Shown: piece after piece, positions 10,231 to 19,791 of the stretch
Position numbering within the stretch: the stretch's first letter is position 1
Layout: every line of letters starts with the position of its first letter
Origin: an uncultured Phycisphaerales bacterium
Lineage (GTDB): Bacteria; Planctomycetota; Phycisphaerae; Tepidisphaerales; Tepidisphaeraceae
NCBI GenBank assembly: GCA_963844715.1
Contig: CAWJPJ010000007.1
Span: forward strand, 32,001-96,000
Direction: 5' to 3'
Length of the DNA: 64,000 nt
The notes under the pieces: generated by a model
The model's database searches: none
What the model was told of the DNA's origin: nothing
What the model saw: only the letters and a program-made list of their open reading frames with translations
Made by a program: the position numbers and the translations under genes

Positions 10231-11151
10231 CGCCCCCCCGTTATTTCCCCCGACATTACTTCCCCCGACATTATTTCCCCTGGCCACGCGCTTCCGCCCG
10301 AAAGCATCCGTCTCCGTCATCACGCGCGACGCCCGGTCCGTCGAAAAATCCCGCCCGTTTTTAAGCTCTCGCAATCGCTTCCGAGCCTGCGCCACGTATT
10401 CGTTGCTCTGATCGATTCCGAGATAGCTCCGCCCCAATCGCGCCGCCGAAACGCACGTCGTCCCGCTCCCGTTGAACGGATCCAGCACCAAATCCCCGGG
10501 GTTGCTGCTTGCCAGCACAATCCGGTCCAGCACGCCCAGCGGCATCTGACAACCGTGCCACCCCTCCCGCTCCCCAAACGTCCCGCACACCCGGCTGACG
10601 TTCCACGTGTCGGCTTCCGCCTGGAACAATTCCCCGTTCGTCTGCTGCGGCCGCAGATACCAAACATCGTCGGGCAGCTTCCCCTTCGGGTTCGCCCGCC
10701 GATCCGCATACGTCGTCTGCCGAGCGCTCGCCACGCGAACCGCGTCTGCATTAAACGTGAACCCCTCATCGCTCTTCGTAAAATACAAAATATGCGTATG
10801 GCTCTTGGCAAACATCTTCTTGGTCTGCTGCCCGAACGTGTAATGCCAGATGATCCAATTCCGCAGATGAAACCCGATCTTCCGCCGCGCGATCACGCAT
10901 AAATCCGCCGCGTATTCGTCCCCAATCGCGAGATAAAACGACCCCGAAGGCTTCAGCGCCCGCCACACCGACCGCATCCACTCCTCGCTGAATTGAAGAT
11001 AGTCGTCCGTATTCCGTTCATCGTTATATCCATGATACAGGTACCCGATATTGAATGGCGGGTCCGCGAAAACCAGGTCCACCCACCCCTCCGGCTCCGC
11101 GTTAAGCAACTTGATGCAATTCCCTTTATGAATTTTGTTCGCTTCCAGCAT
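10174..11151 (-). CDS. Site-specific N6A/N4C DNA methyltransferase (beta class)
   Basis: VDLVFADPPFN (motif IV) precedes VLDPFNGSGTT (motif I); no restriction endonuclease adjacent. Confidence 0.92.
   Translation of the reverse strand: MLEANKIHKGNCIKLLNAEPEGWVDLVFADPPFNIGYLYHGYNDERNTDDYLQFSEEWMRSVWRALKPSGSFYLAIGDEYAADLCVIARRKIGFHLRNWIIWHYTFGQQTKKMFAKSHTHILYFTKSDEGFTFNADAVRVASARQTTYADRRANPKGKLPDDVWYLRPQQTNGELFQAEADTWNVSRVCGTFGEREGWHGCQMPLGVLDRIVLASSNPGDLVLDPFNGSGTTCVSAARLGRSYLGIDQSNEYVAQARKRLRELKNGRDFSTDRASRVMTETDAFGRKRVARGNNVGGSNVGGNNGGALMGIIGGAAAEKLQHPSQ
10241..10280. repeat. 15-bp tandem repeat, about 2.7 copies
   Basis: ttatttcccccgaca / ttacttcccccgaca / ttatttcccc; encodes GNNVG-GSNVG-GNN in the methyltransferase tail. 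Confidence 0.8.
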
Positions 11152-11217
11152 GGGCGGGCATTTTACACACCGCCGCGCACGTTTATCGACTTTCATCTCC
11201 GTTATAATCAGAGCATC

Positions 11218-12310
11218 GTGTCCGACCCCGATCGATCCGTCCTCCGCCTCCTCGACGCCAACGCCAACCGCGCCCGCGAGGCCCTCCGCGTCCTCGAGGA
11301 CGCGGCCCGTTTCATCCTCAACCGCGCCGATTTGACGGCCCAACTCAAATCCCTCCGGCACGACCTGACGCAAATCCTCCTCCCCTTCCTCCCCGGAGCC
11401 CTGATCCAGCGCGACACCCCGGGCGACGTCGGCACCGACATCAAAACTCCCGCGGAACAATCGCGCCCGGATGTCCAAGCCGTCGCCATCGCCGCCGGCA
11501 AGCGCCTGGGCGAAGCCCTTCGCTCCCTCGAAGAATTCCTAAAAACCGCGAGCCCCGAATCCGCGAGAAATATCGAACGCCTCCGCTATCGCTTCTACGA
11601 TGTGGAGCAAACCCTCACTCTCGCCCTAACCCCCAATCGTTTCGCCACAGTCCGCCTCTACGTCCTAATCACCGAATCCGCCTGCAAAAACCCCTGGCTG
11701 CAAACCGCCGAAGAGGCCATCGCCGGCGGCGCCGATTGCCTCCAGCTCCGCGAAAAAGATCTCCCCGCCGCCGAGCTGCTTTCCCGAGCCCAAAAGCTAG
11801 CCGACCTCTGCCGCAAAAATCGCGTCCTCTTCATCGTCAACGACCGCCCCGACATCGCCGCCCTTTGCGACGCCGACGGCGTCCACCTGGGCCAGCAAGA
11901 CCTCCCCGCCAAAGACGCCCGAAAATCCTGGGCGCTCAAAAATCATCGGCGTCAGCACCCACAACCCCACCCAGGCCCACCAGGCCGTCGCCGCTGGCGC
12001 CGATTACATCGGCGTAGGTCCAATCTTCAAAAGCCCCACCAAACCCCGCGATTTTTTGCCCGGCCTGGAGTATGCTGCCGCCGTCGCCGCCGACCCAGCG
12101 ATCCCGATCCCGAAAATCGCCATCGCAGGCATCGGACCTGGAAATATCGGACAAGTATTGGCGACAGGAATCAGGTCAGTAGCCGTAACCAGCGCGGTCA
12201 CTGAAGCCGCCGACGTTCGAGCGGCCGCAAGGAAATTGAAGGAGCTAATAACGAATGAAAACCCGAAACCCGAAACCAGAATGACGAATCAAGCCCGAAT
12301 GCCCAAATGA
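11218..12310 (+). CDS. thiE: Thiamine-phosphate synthase with N-terminal ThiD2-like domain (frameshift near 11930)
   Basis: RLLDANANRAREALRVLED N-terminal domain; LQLREK, FIVNDRPD, DGVHLGQQD, GVSTH, AIAGI motifs. Confidence 0.9.
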
Positions 12311-12390
12311 CCGAAACGGCATCTGGCTTATTCCGTCATTCGGTCATTCGGATTTGATTCGGATTTCGGGTTTCTGGTTTCGGATTTCAG
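12254..12390. repeat. Imperfect palindrome of CCGAAAC/AATGAC-type short units
   Basis: aaacccgaaacccgaaaccagaatgacgaatcaa ... ttcggatttcgggtttctggtttcggattt; related element at 41614-41750. Confidence 0.85.
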
Positions 12391-12428
12391 TTCGCCATCG
12401 ATCGATCAGCAGCTCGAAAAGGACAAGG

Positions 12429-14115
12429 ATGTCCACCGCAACAATCCCATCCCCAACCCCAGCCCCTTCCCGCGCAACCCCCGCCGCCTCCTCCCCCTCC
12501 TTCGTTTCCCACGCCAAGCTCATCTCCGCTCTCACGCTCCTTAGCCGCATCACCGGCATGCTGCCGCGAATCCGTCATCGCCACCTATTTCGGCGCGGGA
12601 GTCGTCTCCTCGGCCTTCACCGTCGCCTTTAAAATCCCCAACCTCTTCCGCAAACTGCTCGGCGAAGGCGCGATCTCCGCCGCTTTCATCCCCCTCTACG
12701 CCCAGGCCATCAAATCCGGCGACCTTAAAGAAGCCAACCGCTTCGCTGCCGCCAGCGTCAACCTCCTCACCGCCATTCTCCTCGCCCTGACCATCTTCGG
12801 CGAACTGGTCCTCTGGGCGATCGCCCATTTCATCCACCTCCGTCCCCAGGACCTCCTCATCGTCCGCTTCACCGCCATCATGCTCCCTTACGTCCTGCTC
12901 GTCTGTCTCACCGGCTTCCTCAGCGGCGTCCTCCAGGTCCACAAACGCTTCGGTCTGCCCGCCCTTACCCCCGTCCTGCTCAACATCATCCACATCGCCG
13001 TCATCGTCGCCGGCGCTCGCATCCTCTTCCTCTCCGCCTCCACCGGCGACGCAAAAATCGAAAAGCAAACCCAGCTCGCCTATTGGCTGGCCGGTTTCGT
13101 CCTCGTCGCTGGCGTCCTCCAGATCGCCATGCTCCTCCCCAGCCTCCGCGCCGTCGGTTTCTCCTTCGCCTCCGTTGCCGATATCTGGACCCCGCGCATC
13201 AAGAAAATGCTCCTCCTCTCCTTCCCCGTCGCCCTCAGCGCCGGCGTCCTACAAATCTCCGTCATCGTCGACACCGCGATCACCGTCTTCCTCACCCGCG
13301 GCCAAAACCCCGCCGACCATCTCCACTTTTTCGGCTTCTCCGCCCCCTATCCCCTGGCCCTCGGCGCTGTCCCGCGCCTGAACTGGGCCCAATTTCTTTA
13401 CCAATTCCCCCTGGGCGTCTTCGCCACCGCCCTGGCGACCGCGATCTTCCCCGGCTTAAGTCACGACGCCTTTGATGCCGACCGCAAAAAATTCAATCGA
13501 GTTCTCCAGGCCGGAATCCTCTTCGCCCTTCTCGAATCCATCCCCGCCAGCGCCGGCCTGGTCCTCGTCCGCTACCCGGTCACCCGCCTCCTCTTCCAGC
13601 ACGGCAGCTTCACCGCGACGGACACCCATTGGGTTGCCCTCTCGACGCTTTTCTACGCCTCGGCCATCTGGGCCTTCAGCCTCCAGCAAGTCCTCAACCG
13701 CGCCTACTACGCCCTCCACGACACCATGACCCCTTTCATCCTGTCGATTGTGACAATCGTCGTGAATACAGCCGTGGAAATCCCCCTCTGCTTCACCAAA
13801 CTAGGCGAAGCCGGCATGGCCGTAGGCACACTCGCCAGCTTCGCGGTCCAGGCCCTGGTCATGCTCTGGCTCCTCAACAAAAAGTCCGGTGGCCTGGGCC
13901 TCCCAACGATCCTCACCGGCGCACTAAAAATGCTAATCGCCTGCGCCGTCATGATCATCGCCTGCCGACTAGTCCAACAATCCCCCCTCTACCCGCACGC
14001 AACTACTCACCTAGCCAGCATCCAGCAACTAGCCATATTGCTCCCCATCGGCGCAGCCACCTACCTGGGAATCTGCTGGCTCCTAGGCGTAAAAGTAAAA
14101 CCGGAAGAATGCTGA
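12429..14115 (+). CDS. murJ: Lipid II flippase MurJ (frameshift near 12560)
   Basis: TLLSRITGM, AFKIPNLFRKLLGEGAISAAFIP, LYQFPLGVF, RAYYALHDT motifs. Confidence 0.93.
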
Positions 14116-14181
14116 ATGATGATTGCTGAATGCTGAACGGTGAACGGAATTCAAGCAGCGGAATTTACTGGCAACTGGCAA

Positions 14182-15011
14182 CTAGGGCCTGTCTGATGAA
14201 TCCAAAATCCTGAAATAGCGACGGATCATGGCGAGCTTGGCCATGGCCTGAAAGTTCACCGCCAGTTTCTCGTAACGCGTGCCCAGGCGGCGATTCTCCT
14301 TCATCCAATTCACGCAACGCTCCACCACGTTCCGTCGGCGATACGCCTTGCGATCAAAGTTCTCCTGCGGCGGCTGATTCGATTTCGCCGGGATCACCGC
14401 TTGGATTCGGTGGCGACGCAGCCATCGCCGCACATTTCCGTAACTGTATCCCTTGTCGCCCGCCAGCCTCCTGGGGCGACGACGGCGGCGACCGATGCGC
14501 ATCGCGTTCATCACCGGCTCCACGTACCGGCTCTCGTGGCATTGGCCGGCGCTGGCCTCGACGGCGAGCGGAACTCCCTGGCCGTCAGTAACCAGGTGGA
14601 GCTTGCTGCCCCACCCGCCTCGGCTGCGGCCCAACGCGTGATCCGCCGGTTCTTCCGGGGCGGTTTTGATTTTCTGGCTCCGGCGGCGGATCGACTGGCT
14701 CGCACATTGGTGCCGTCGATGCACCACAGGTCCCAGTCGATTCGTCCTTGCTTGTCCAACCTCATCTGCAGCCGCTGGAGGATTCGATCAATCGTTCCGT
14801 CCTTTCTCCAGCGGTTGAAGCGGTCGTAGACGCTTTGCCATCTGCCGTAACGTTCGGGCATCTCGCGCCATTCAGCGCCCGAGTGCAGAATCCAGAACAT
14901 GCCGTTGAGCGTGGTGCGGTGGTCGTTCCACTGCCCGCCGCGCTTGCCGTTGCCGGGCAGCAGATCGCCGATCAACTCGTACTGCTCATCCGTGAGCTCA
15001 TAACGTCGCAT
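14182..15011 (-). CDS. IS5-family DDE transposase in two overlapping frames
   Basis: OrfA MRRYELTDEQ...SGAEWREMPERYGRWQSVYDRFNRW...IDGT; OrfB LGRSRGGWGSKLH, AGDKGY, YRRRNVVERC, RRLGTRYEK; frame switch near 14670. Confidence 0.93.
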
Positions 15012-15070
15012 CCGTGACACCTCGTCTGAAAACCGCTATTTATAACCAAAAGCGATTCATCAGACAGGCC
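14186..15070 (-). mobile_element. IS5-family insertion sequence (IS427-group-like), 885 bp
   Basis: 17-bp perfect terminal inverted repeats GGCCTGTCTGATGAATC (14186-14202; 15054-15070) flanked by CTAG on both sides (14182-14185; 15071-15074). Confidence 0.95.
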
Positions 15071-15111
15071 CTAGCCGAAGGGTCGCCGCGGCGGCCAACT
15101 GCCAACTATCC

Positions 15112-15351
15112 TCATTCCATAAACTTCGCCAACCCCGCGAGCGCTCCGGCCGCGAGGACCATCCCCAGCACGATCAGCACGAACAACCCCGCCGCCTCGC
15201 CCGGCACCTTCGACATATCCTTGCATCGGATCGCCTTGTATACCACCGCCACCCCCGCGCTCAGCGGCAGCAGCAGCGTCGGCCAAATCCACTTGCTGGA
15301 CCAGATCGGCAACGGATCAAAAAACAAAATGTAATCGGCCAAAAAATGCAT
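15112..15351 (-). CDS. Small two-TM hypothetical membrane protein
   Basis: 79 aa; LLLPLSAGVAVVYKAIR and a second hydrophobic helix; co-oriented with the two upstream genes. Confidence 0.65.
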   Translation of the reverse strand: MHFLADYILFFDPLPIWSSKWIWPTLLLPLSAGVAVVYKAIRCKDMSKVPGEAAGLFVLIVLGMVLAAGALAGLAKFME

Positions 15352-15385
15352 AAATCATCTTCTTCAACTGATACCAAAAAAACAT

Positions 15386-15503
15386 TGGCACAGAGGGCAC
15401 TCCAGATCACAGGGCACACAGAAATGAATTGAAATTCATTTTTTGTTTTTCTCTGTTCATCTTTCTTCTCTGTGCCCTCTGTGATCTCTGTGTTCTCTGT
15501 GCC
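15386..15503. repeat. Imperfect palindrome of CTCTGTG-containing nonamers
   Basis: ttggcacagagggcac...cacagggcacacagaa versus ttctctgtgccctctgtgatctctgtgttctctgtgccaa. Confidence 0.85.
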
Positions 15504-15523
15504 AAAGCTTTTAGGACGACGTT

Positions 15524-16147
15524 TCACGCGCGTCCCGTCCTCAGTTGATCCGACCGAAACGCCGCATCGATCATTACCAGCAGATTCAGCATTCCCGCCA
15601 CGGCCGTGTATAGCGTCCCGATCTCCCAGGATCGCGCGTGCGAAATCGCCGCCGCCTGCATCGGCGCATCGGCGTTCCCTGCATTCGTTCCCCGCGGCCG
15701 GGCCGCCTGCACCGACACCCATGCCGCTCCCAACGCGATCGGACCGCACAAAACCTGCCCGACAAACCAAGGCTTGTCACTCAATTCCGCCATCGGCTGG
15801 TACCACAGCGCCGTCACCCAGGACCGGTCCCGATCGTCCGCCGCGGGATTCTCTTCCTGATCTTTGGTCATCGGGTCCACGATCCGAAGCTCAAACCGGT
15901 CCGCCCCCACCTCTCTCTTCACGATCATCGTCATATACCCATAATCCCCCCACCCCGGCGGATCCATCACCCGAATCCCCCCCACCAGCAGCCCCATCAA
16001 AAACACAAAAACAACCGCGACCCCCACTGTGACGCCGTGCGCCCGCTGTCCGATGATCCAGTATCCTCCCCCGGGAATGATCCAGGAAAAAATAGCCGTT
16101 ATCGCCGGCGAAGGGACTTGCCTGGTTGCCTGGGTTTCCATCGTCAT
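15524..16147 (-). CDS. Planctomycete-type membrane protein (resembles DUF6677, recalled rather than searched)
   Basis: SWIIPGGGY N-terminal motif and EIGTLYTAVAGMLNLLVMIDA C-terminal motif. Confidence 0.65.
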   Translation of the reverse strand: MTMETQATRQVPSPAITAIFSWIIPGGGYWIIGQRAHGVTVGVAVVFVFLMGLLVGGIRVMDPPGWGDYGYMTMIVKREVGADRFELRIVDPMTKDQEENPAADDRDRSWVTALWYQPMAELSDKPWFVGQVLCGPIALGAAWVSVQAARPRGTNAGNADAPMQAAAISHARSWEIGTLYTAVAGMLNLLVMIDAAFRSDQLRTGRA

Positions 16148-16455
16148 GAGCGCCGCGTAGCCGCCCCACTCAGTTCCCCCCCGCCCGCCCCCGCGGACTC
16201 GATCTCCACAACACTATAATCGTCCAGATTCAGCGTCGTGATCTCCCCATCCTCTTTGCGAATCGTCAAACGATCCAGCCAGAGCTTGTCATCCTTGCTA
16301 TGCGCAAACCAACTCCCCGTCCGCTGTTGCTCGAACTCGACGACAATCCCGCGCACCTCGCTGGCCCAGGAATAATTCCGAGCCCCGATCTGCTGAACGA
16401 CTTTCACACGCGCACCCGGCACCAGCTTCTGCCGAATAGAGAGGTCCACTGCCAT
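16144..16455 (-). CDS. Hypothetical small beta-rich protein
   Basis: 103 aa, TGSWFAHSKDDKLWLDRL...DGEITTLNLD; ATGA overlap with the downstream gene. Confidence 0.7.
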   Translation of the reverse strand: MAVDLSIRQKLVPGARVKVVQQIGARNYSWASEVRGIVVEFEQQRTGSWFAHSKDDKLWLDRLTIRKEDGEITTLNLDDYSVVEIESAGAGGGELSGAATRRS

Positions 16456-16574
16456 AGAGACAAAAGACTAAGGGCCGGACCCCCCAAAGGCAACTGACGC
16501 TCCGGCAGAGGGGTCCGTTAGCGACTTCGAATGGTTTCCTTCAACCGAGCGATTAACACCCGTAAAATGGGTTG

Positions 16575-16856
16575 ATGCCCGCCGCCCCACGATGCCTCTT
16601 TAAAGTATCCGCCACCTTCCTTGTATCGACGCATGGATTGGTATTGGTACGGGGCATCGCTCCGATCGGTGACGAGCGATTCCGCGTAGGAGATTTTGTA
16701 GAACTTCGCCGCCCCGATGGAACAATTTTAAGAGTAAAAATAACGGGGATTGAAATGCTGAGTCCCCCACCGGCCGACCATTCAATGCCGATTGTGATAA
16801 AGGAACTCACCCGAAAAGAAGATGTGCCAATCGGAACCGAAGTCTGGTCGATTTAA
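16575..16856 (+). CDS. Small protein resembling a stand-alone EF-Tu domain II beta-barrel
   Basis: FKVSATFLVSTHGLVLVRG...RVGDFVEL...VKITGIEM pattern; TAAAAT 6 nt upstream of ATG; lower GC than flanks. Confidence 0.55.
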   Translation: MPAAPRCLFKVSATFLVSTHGLVLVRGIAPIGDERFRVGDFVELRRPDGTILRVKITGIEMLSPPPADHSMPIVIKELTRKEDVPIGTEVWSI

Positions 16857-16959
16857 GCGAGCTGCGATGCGCGTCTTTGAACACGCCTTTGAATTTTGCA
16901 GTCCGCGCAACAATCCGCAGATGCCGCAAACCCCCAATCATGCCAATCGCCGCCTCCCA

Positions 16960-17083
16960 TTTCGATCACTCGATCATTCGGACTTGAGTCGTCATTTATC
17001 ATTTAAAATTCGTCATTCTCCTTTCCTGACCCTGGTTGAAGCCCCCTCTTCTTCGCGCCTTCGCGCCCTTCGCGGTAAAAAAA
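16960..17083. repeat. Cluster of TCGTCATT-type and CTTCGCG-type short repeats
   Basis: tcgatcactcgatcattcggacttgagtcgtcatttatcatttaaaattcgtcatt; cttcgcgccttcgcgcccttcgcggtaaaaaaa, similar to 19006-19040. Confidence 0.7.
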
Positions 17084-17096
17084 TTAAGTCGCTCCC

Positions 17097-17737
17097 CTAC
17101 TTCGCACCCCTCCGGAAAACCCCCTGAATCTCCTGCTGATACCAATCATGGAACCGGTCCAGCGTCAGGCGGCGGAAGATCCGCGCGATCTTCTCCCGCC
17201 GCGGTCCGGAGAAACCGATCTCGTGATCGAACCACCGCTCGAGCCGCAGTCCCGCCGCATCGCACCAGCGGAGCAATCGCTTATGCGTCATGAACTGCAC
17301 GTGCGTTGAATCAAAAATCCCCAGCCGTTCCTCCGGCCAGTCGCCCCCCCGAAAAACCGTCTTCAGCACCGTCAGATTCCGCATGTTCGGCACGCTGATC
17401 ACCAACCACCCCCCTTCCCGCACGCAAGCGGCAAACCCCTTCAGCACCTCCCACGCCTGCGGAATATGCTCGATCACATCCGCCAGAATCAGCCCGTCCA
17501 GGCTCCCCGCCTCAAAAGGCTGTTCCCCCGGCGAAATCACCCGCGCCTGGTAATTCGTCCCCGCGCCACTTCGATCGCCCCCGGCGAAATATCCACCCCA
17601 TGCACTTCCCTCCCCCCGGCCACCAGCTTCGCTTCCGTCCCCGCATACCCGCACCCAATCGACCCAATCACACGCCCGTCCGGCGGAATCATCTTCAAAA
17701 TGTCCCCACGCTCGATATCCAAATAGGGATAGTCCAT
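17097..17737 (-). CDS. Class I SAM-dependent methyltransferase (frameshift near 17550)
   Basis: SIGCGYAG, VHGVDIS, DVIEHI, LVISVPN, GIFDSTHVQF motifs. Confidence 0.85.
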
Positions 17738-17825
17738 CGCCGCATCGTCCTCAGCCCCAGCCCCCCGCCATTCAATTCTACAGCCAAGACACGAAAACGC
17801 AGCCCGGACAAGGATCGTCGGCCCG

Positions 17826-18284
17826 TTAGTTCGAAATGACTTTCTGATTTGCAGGTATTGTCCCACACTCCGGACACCGCTCCGGCGTGGCCCGCAGGTC
17901 GTCGCCGCACTTTTGGCAGCACCCGCTTGGCATTCGCCGCCGAAACAGAAACCCAAACACCCAACTTGCCGGAAACACAAGCAAAAGGGCCGTGGCATAA
18001 ACGTACCCGATGCTGAAGTAATTTCGCCCGGCAATGTAATGAAACGTCCAAACCCCATTGCCTGACGTCGGCGGAAGAAGCTTGACGGGAGCATGCAGCG
18101 AAATCCAGCCGTGAAAGGATTCCAGCTCCACGGTCTTTTGACCCCGATGGAAAACCCACCTATCGCCAAATTGAACAGGAGGAAAAAACGAATAGCTCCG
18201 TTCCCAAAGCACCGCCGTCACCAGGCAGAGCAGCAAAGAGATCGCCGCAAGCCCATTGAACACCCATCGCCGGAAGCGCTTCAT
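17826..18284 (-). CDS. Membrane protein with C-terminal Zn-ribbon
   Basis: N-terminal TM (GLAAISLLLCLVTAVLW), second TM, then CQKCGDDLRATPERCPECG. Confidence 0.8.
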   Translation of the reverse strand: MKRFRRWVFNGLAAISLLLCLVTAVLWERSYSFFPPVQFGDRWVFHRGQKTVELESFHGWISLHAPVKLLPPTSGNGVWTFHYIAGRNYFSIGYVYATALLLVFPASWVFGFLFRRRMPSGCCQKCGDDLRATPERCPECGTIPANQKVISN

Positions 18285-18314
18285 TCGAAACAGATTCTAC
18301 CGCGCCGCAATCGA

Positions 18315-18470
18315 TTAACTCGACCAATCTTCGGCCCCACCGGCCCTAATGGCCCTCTCTTCAATGCCCGCAGTACCCATGCGCAAGCAGAAAATACAAC
18401 CCGCGATCAGAATCCAAAGCAGCAGCAAACTGAACGAACACCGCAGGCAACAGGTGCCAACGCTTCCCAT
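18315..18470 (-). CDS. Possible 51-aa single-TM peptide (below ORF-track cutoff)
   Basis: MGSVGTCCLRCSFSLLLLWILIAGCIFCLRMGTAGIEERAIRAGGAEDWSS; TAGGAT -10-like box 6 nt upstream; fills the gap between two co-oriented genes. Confidence 0.3.
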   Translation of the reverse strand: MGSVGTCCLRCSFSLLLLWILIAGCIFCLRMGTAGIEERAIRAGGAEDWSS

Positions 18471-18522
18471 GGCTCCATCCTACCAACCGCGCACAAAAAA
18501 CTCCCCACGGGCAGCTTGCCGG

Positions 18523-18939
18523 CTATTTTGAGTTTTCCGACTGAATCAGCACAGTTCCGCATTCCGGGCACCGCTCCGGCGCGGCCCGAAGGTCATGCCC
18601 GCATACCGCGCAAGTCCGGGCGCCCGCGTCGCAAGCCTTGGGAAGAAGCTTACGAAAAATATAATGTGAGAAGATTCCTATCCCAATCAAGAGAACGAGG
18701 TCCAGGGGAATTGAAAACATTGAACAATCCGGACCTTCGTGAGCGGCCAGCGTGTCAAAAAGAAATCCGATTGGTATCCCGAGTATTAAAGCCAAAACGA
18801 ACAGCGGCAGCCGCCGGCGCTTGGGGCAGACAAACCCAGCCACCCCGAAGGCAACGGCTATTAACACGACAGAAATGTTGACTACGATGTCTTTCAAGAG
18901 CTCGAGAGTCCTCGTGCCGCACACCTCTTCTCGCCCCAA
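18523..18939 (-). CDS. Three-TM membrane protein with C-terminal Zn-ribbon
   Basis: Hydrophobic helices then CAVCGHDLRAAPERCPECG; AT-richer than flanks; start uncertain. Confidence 0.75.
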   Translation of the reverse strand: MGREEVCGTRTLELLKDIVVNISVVLIAVAFGVAGFVCPKRRRLPLFVLALILGIPIGFLFDTLAAHEGPDCSMFSIPLDLVLLIGIGIFSHYIFRKLLPKACDAGARTCAVCGHDLRAAPERCPECGTVLIQSENSK

Positions 18940-19089
18940 GAATATTATCAGAGCGGTCCGATCAACCCCCTAGCAAACAAGCCCAGCCGACTACGATCTT
19001 CCATTTCCTCGCGTCCTTCGCGGCTTCGCCGTAAAAAAATCCCTCCGCACGTTTCCCAAGAGCGCCATGCCTCCGTGCGAACGCGATCC

Positions 19090-19160
19090 GGTCATTCTGA
19101 AATTCGGATTTGATTCGCCCCGCCACGGCGGATGCTGGCACACATTCGGATTTCGTCATT
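19090..19160. repeat. Single diverged arm of the 7537-7699 palindromic element
   Basis: ttgattcgccccgccacggcggatgctggcacacattcggatttcgtcatt closely matches 7642-7699. Confidence 0.85.
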
Positions 19161-19236
19161 AGATTTGCACGGGACTGATTTGATCGAGGAACTGAACGCC
19201 ATGTGGTCGAACTGCCAGGCGAACCTCCAATTGTTC

Positions 19237-19371
19237 TCACCCCGCCTTTCGTCGTCTGGATCCCACTGTAGACTTCCGGATCGCCTTCTCCAGCTTATCG
19301 ATTGTTCGCAACGTCGCCGTGTGAGCACCGGATTCGATCCGGGAAATCGTCTCCTGCCTGACTCCGGCCAT
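19237..19371 (-). pseudogene. 5'-truncated XRE-family helix-turn-helix gene
   Basis: Reads MAGVRQETISRIESGAHTATLRTIDKLEKAIRKSTVGSRRRKAG*; has the recognition helix but lacks the preceding helices; the ATG lies in the adjoining repeat. Confidence 0.65.
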
Positions 19372-19741
19372 TCGAACATTCGAACTTGATTCGTCATTCC
19401 TCATTTATCATTAGTCATTCGCCGAAGAACCCCCTCTCCACACGAGCCAAGTAAGCGCACTTACCGCCACTCCAACCCAGAACAGACTATAAGATGTTAA
19501 TTGCTATAGACTTACCGATAATTAAGTCCACCCCCGCATTTCCAAAAGCGCTTACTTTTGTATCCTCATGCCCCGCCCCGCCCCGCCCTATCCACTGCTC
19601 ACCTGCTCGACTGCTCACCTCCTCTCGCGAAGCGGTCCCATCCCCCGCCCAATTTCAAAACGGGACATTTCGGGACTTTTTGGAACCCGCCTGCCCTGAG
19701 GGAACTCGAAGGGCCCCTCCCTTTCGAGCCTTTCTTCCCCG

Positions 19742-19780
19742 CTGGCAACTGGCAACTGGCAACTCGCAACTGGCAACTAG
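19742..19780. repeat. CTGGCAA heptamer tandem repeat
   Basis: ctggcaactggcaactggcaactcgcaactggcaactag; same unit as the left flank of the IS5 element. Confidence 0.85.
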
Positions 19781-19791
19781 AATGCCCTTCC

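Noticed and set aside
11152..11217. TPP riboswitch upstream of thiE
   Set aside because: Only 66 bp between divergent genes and no CTGAGA core
14650..14690. Programmed -1 frameshift in the IS5 transposase
   Set aside because: The position fits two-ORF IS5 elements, but only A4 runs are present (AGAAAATCAAAA) and the contig is indel-prone, so it cannot be asserted
3899..19780. CRISPR array
   Set aside because: Repeats are short tandem or inverted units without regular unique spacers; no cas genes
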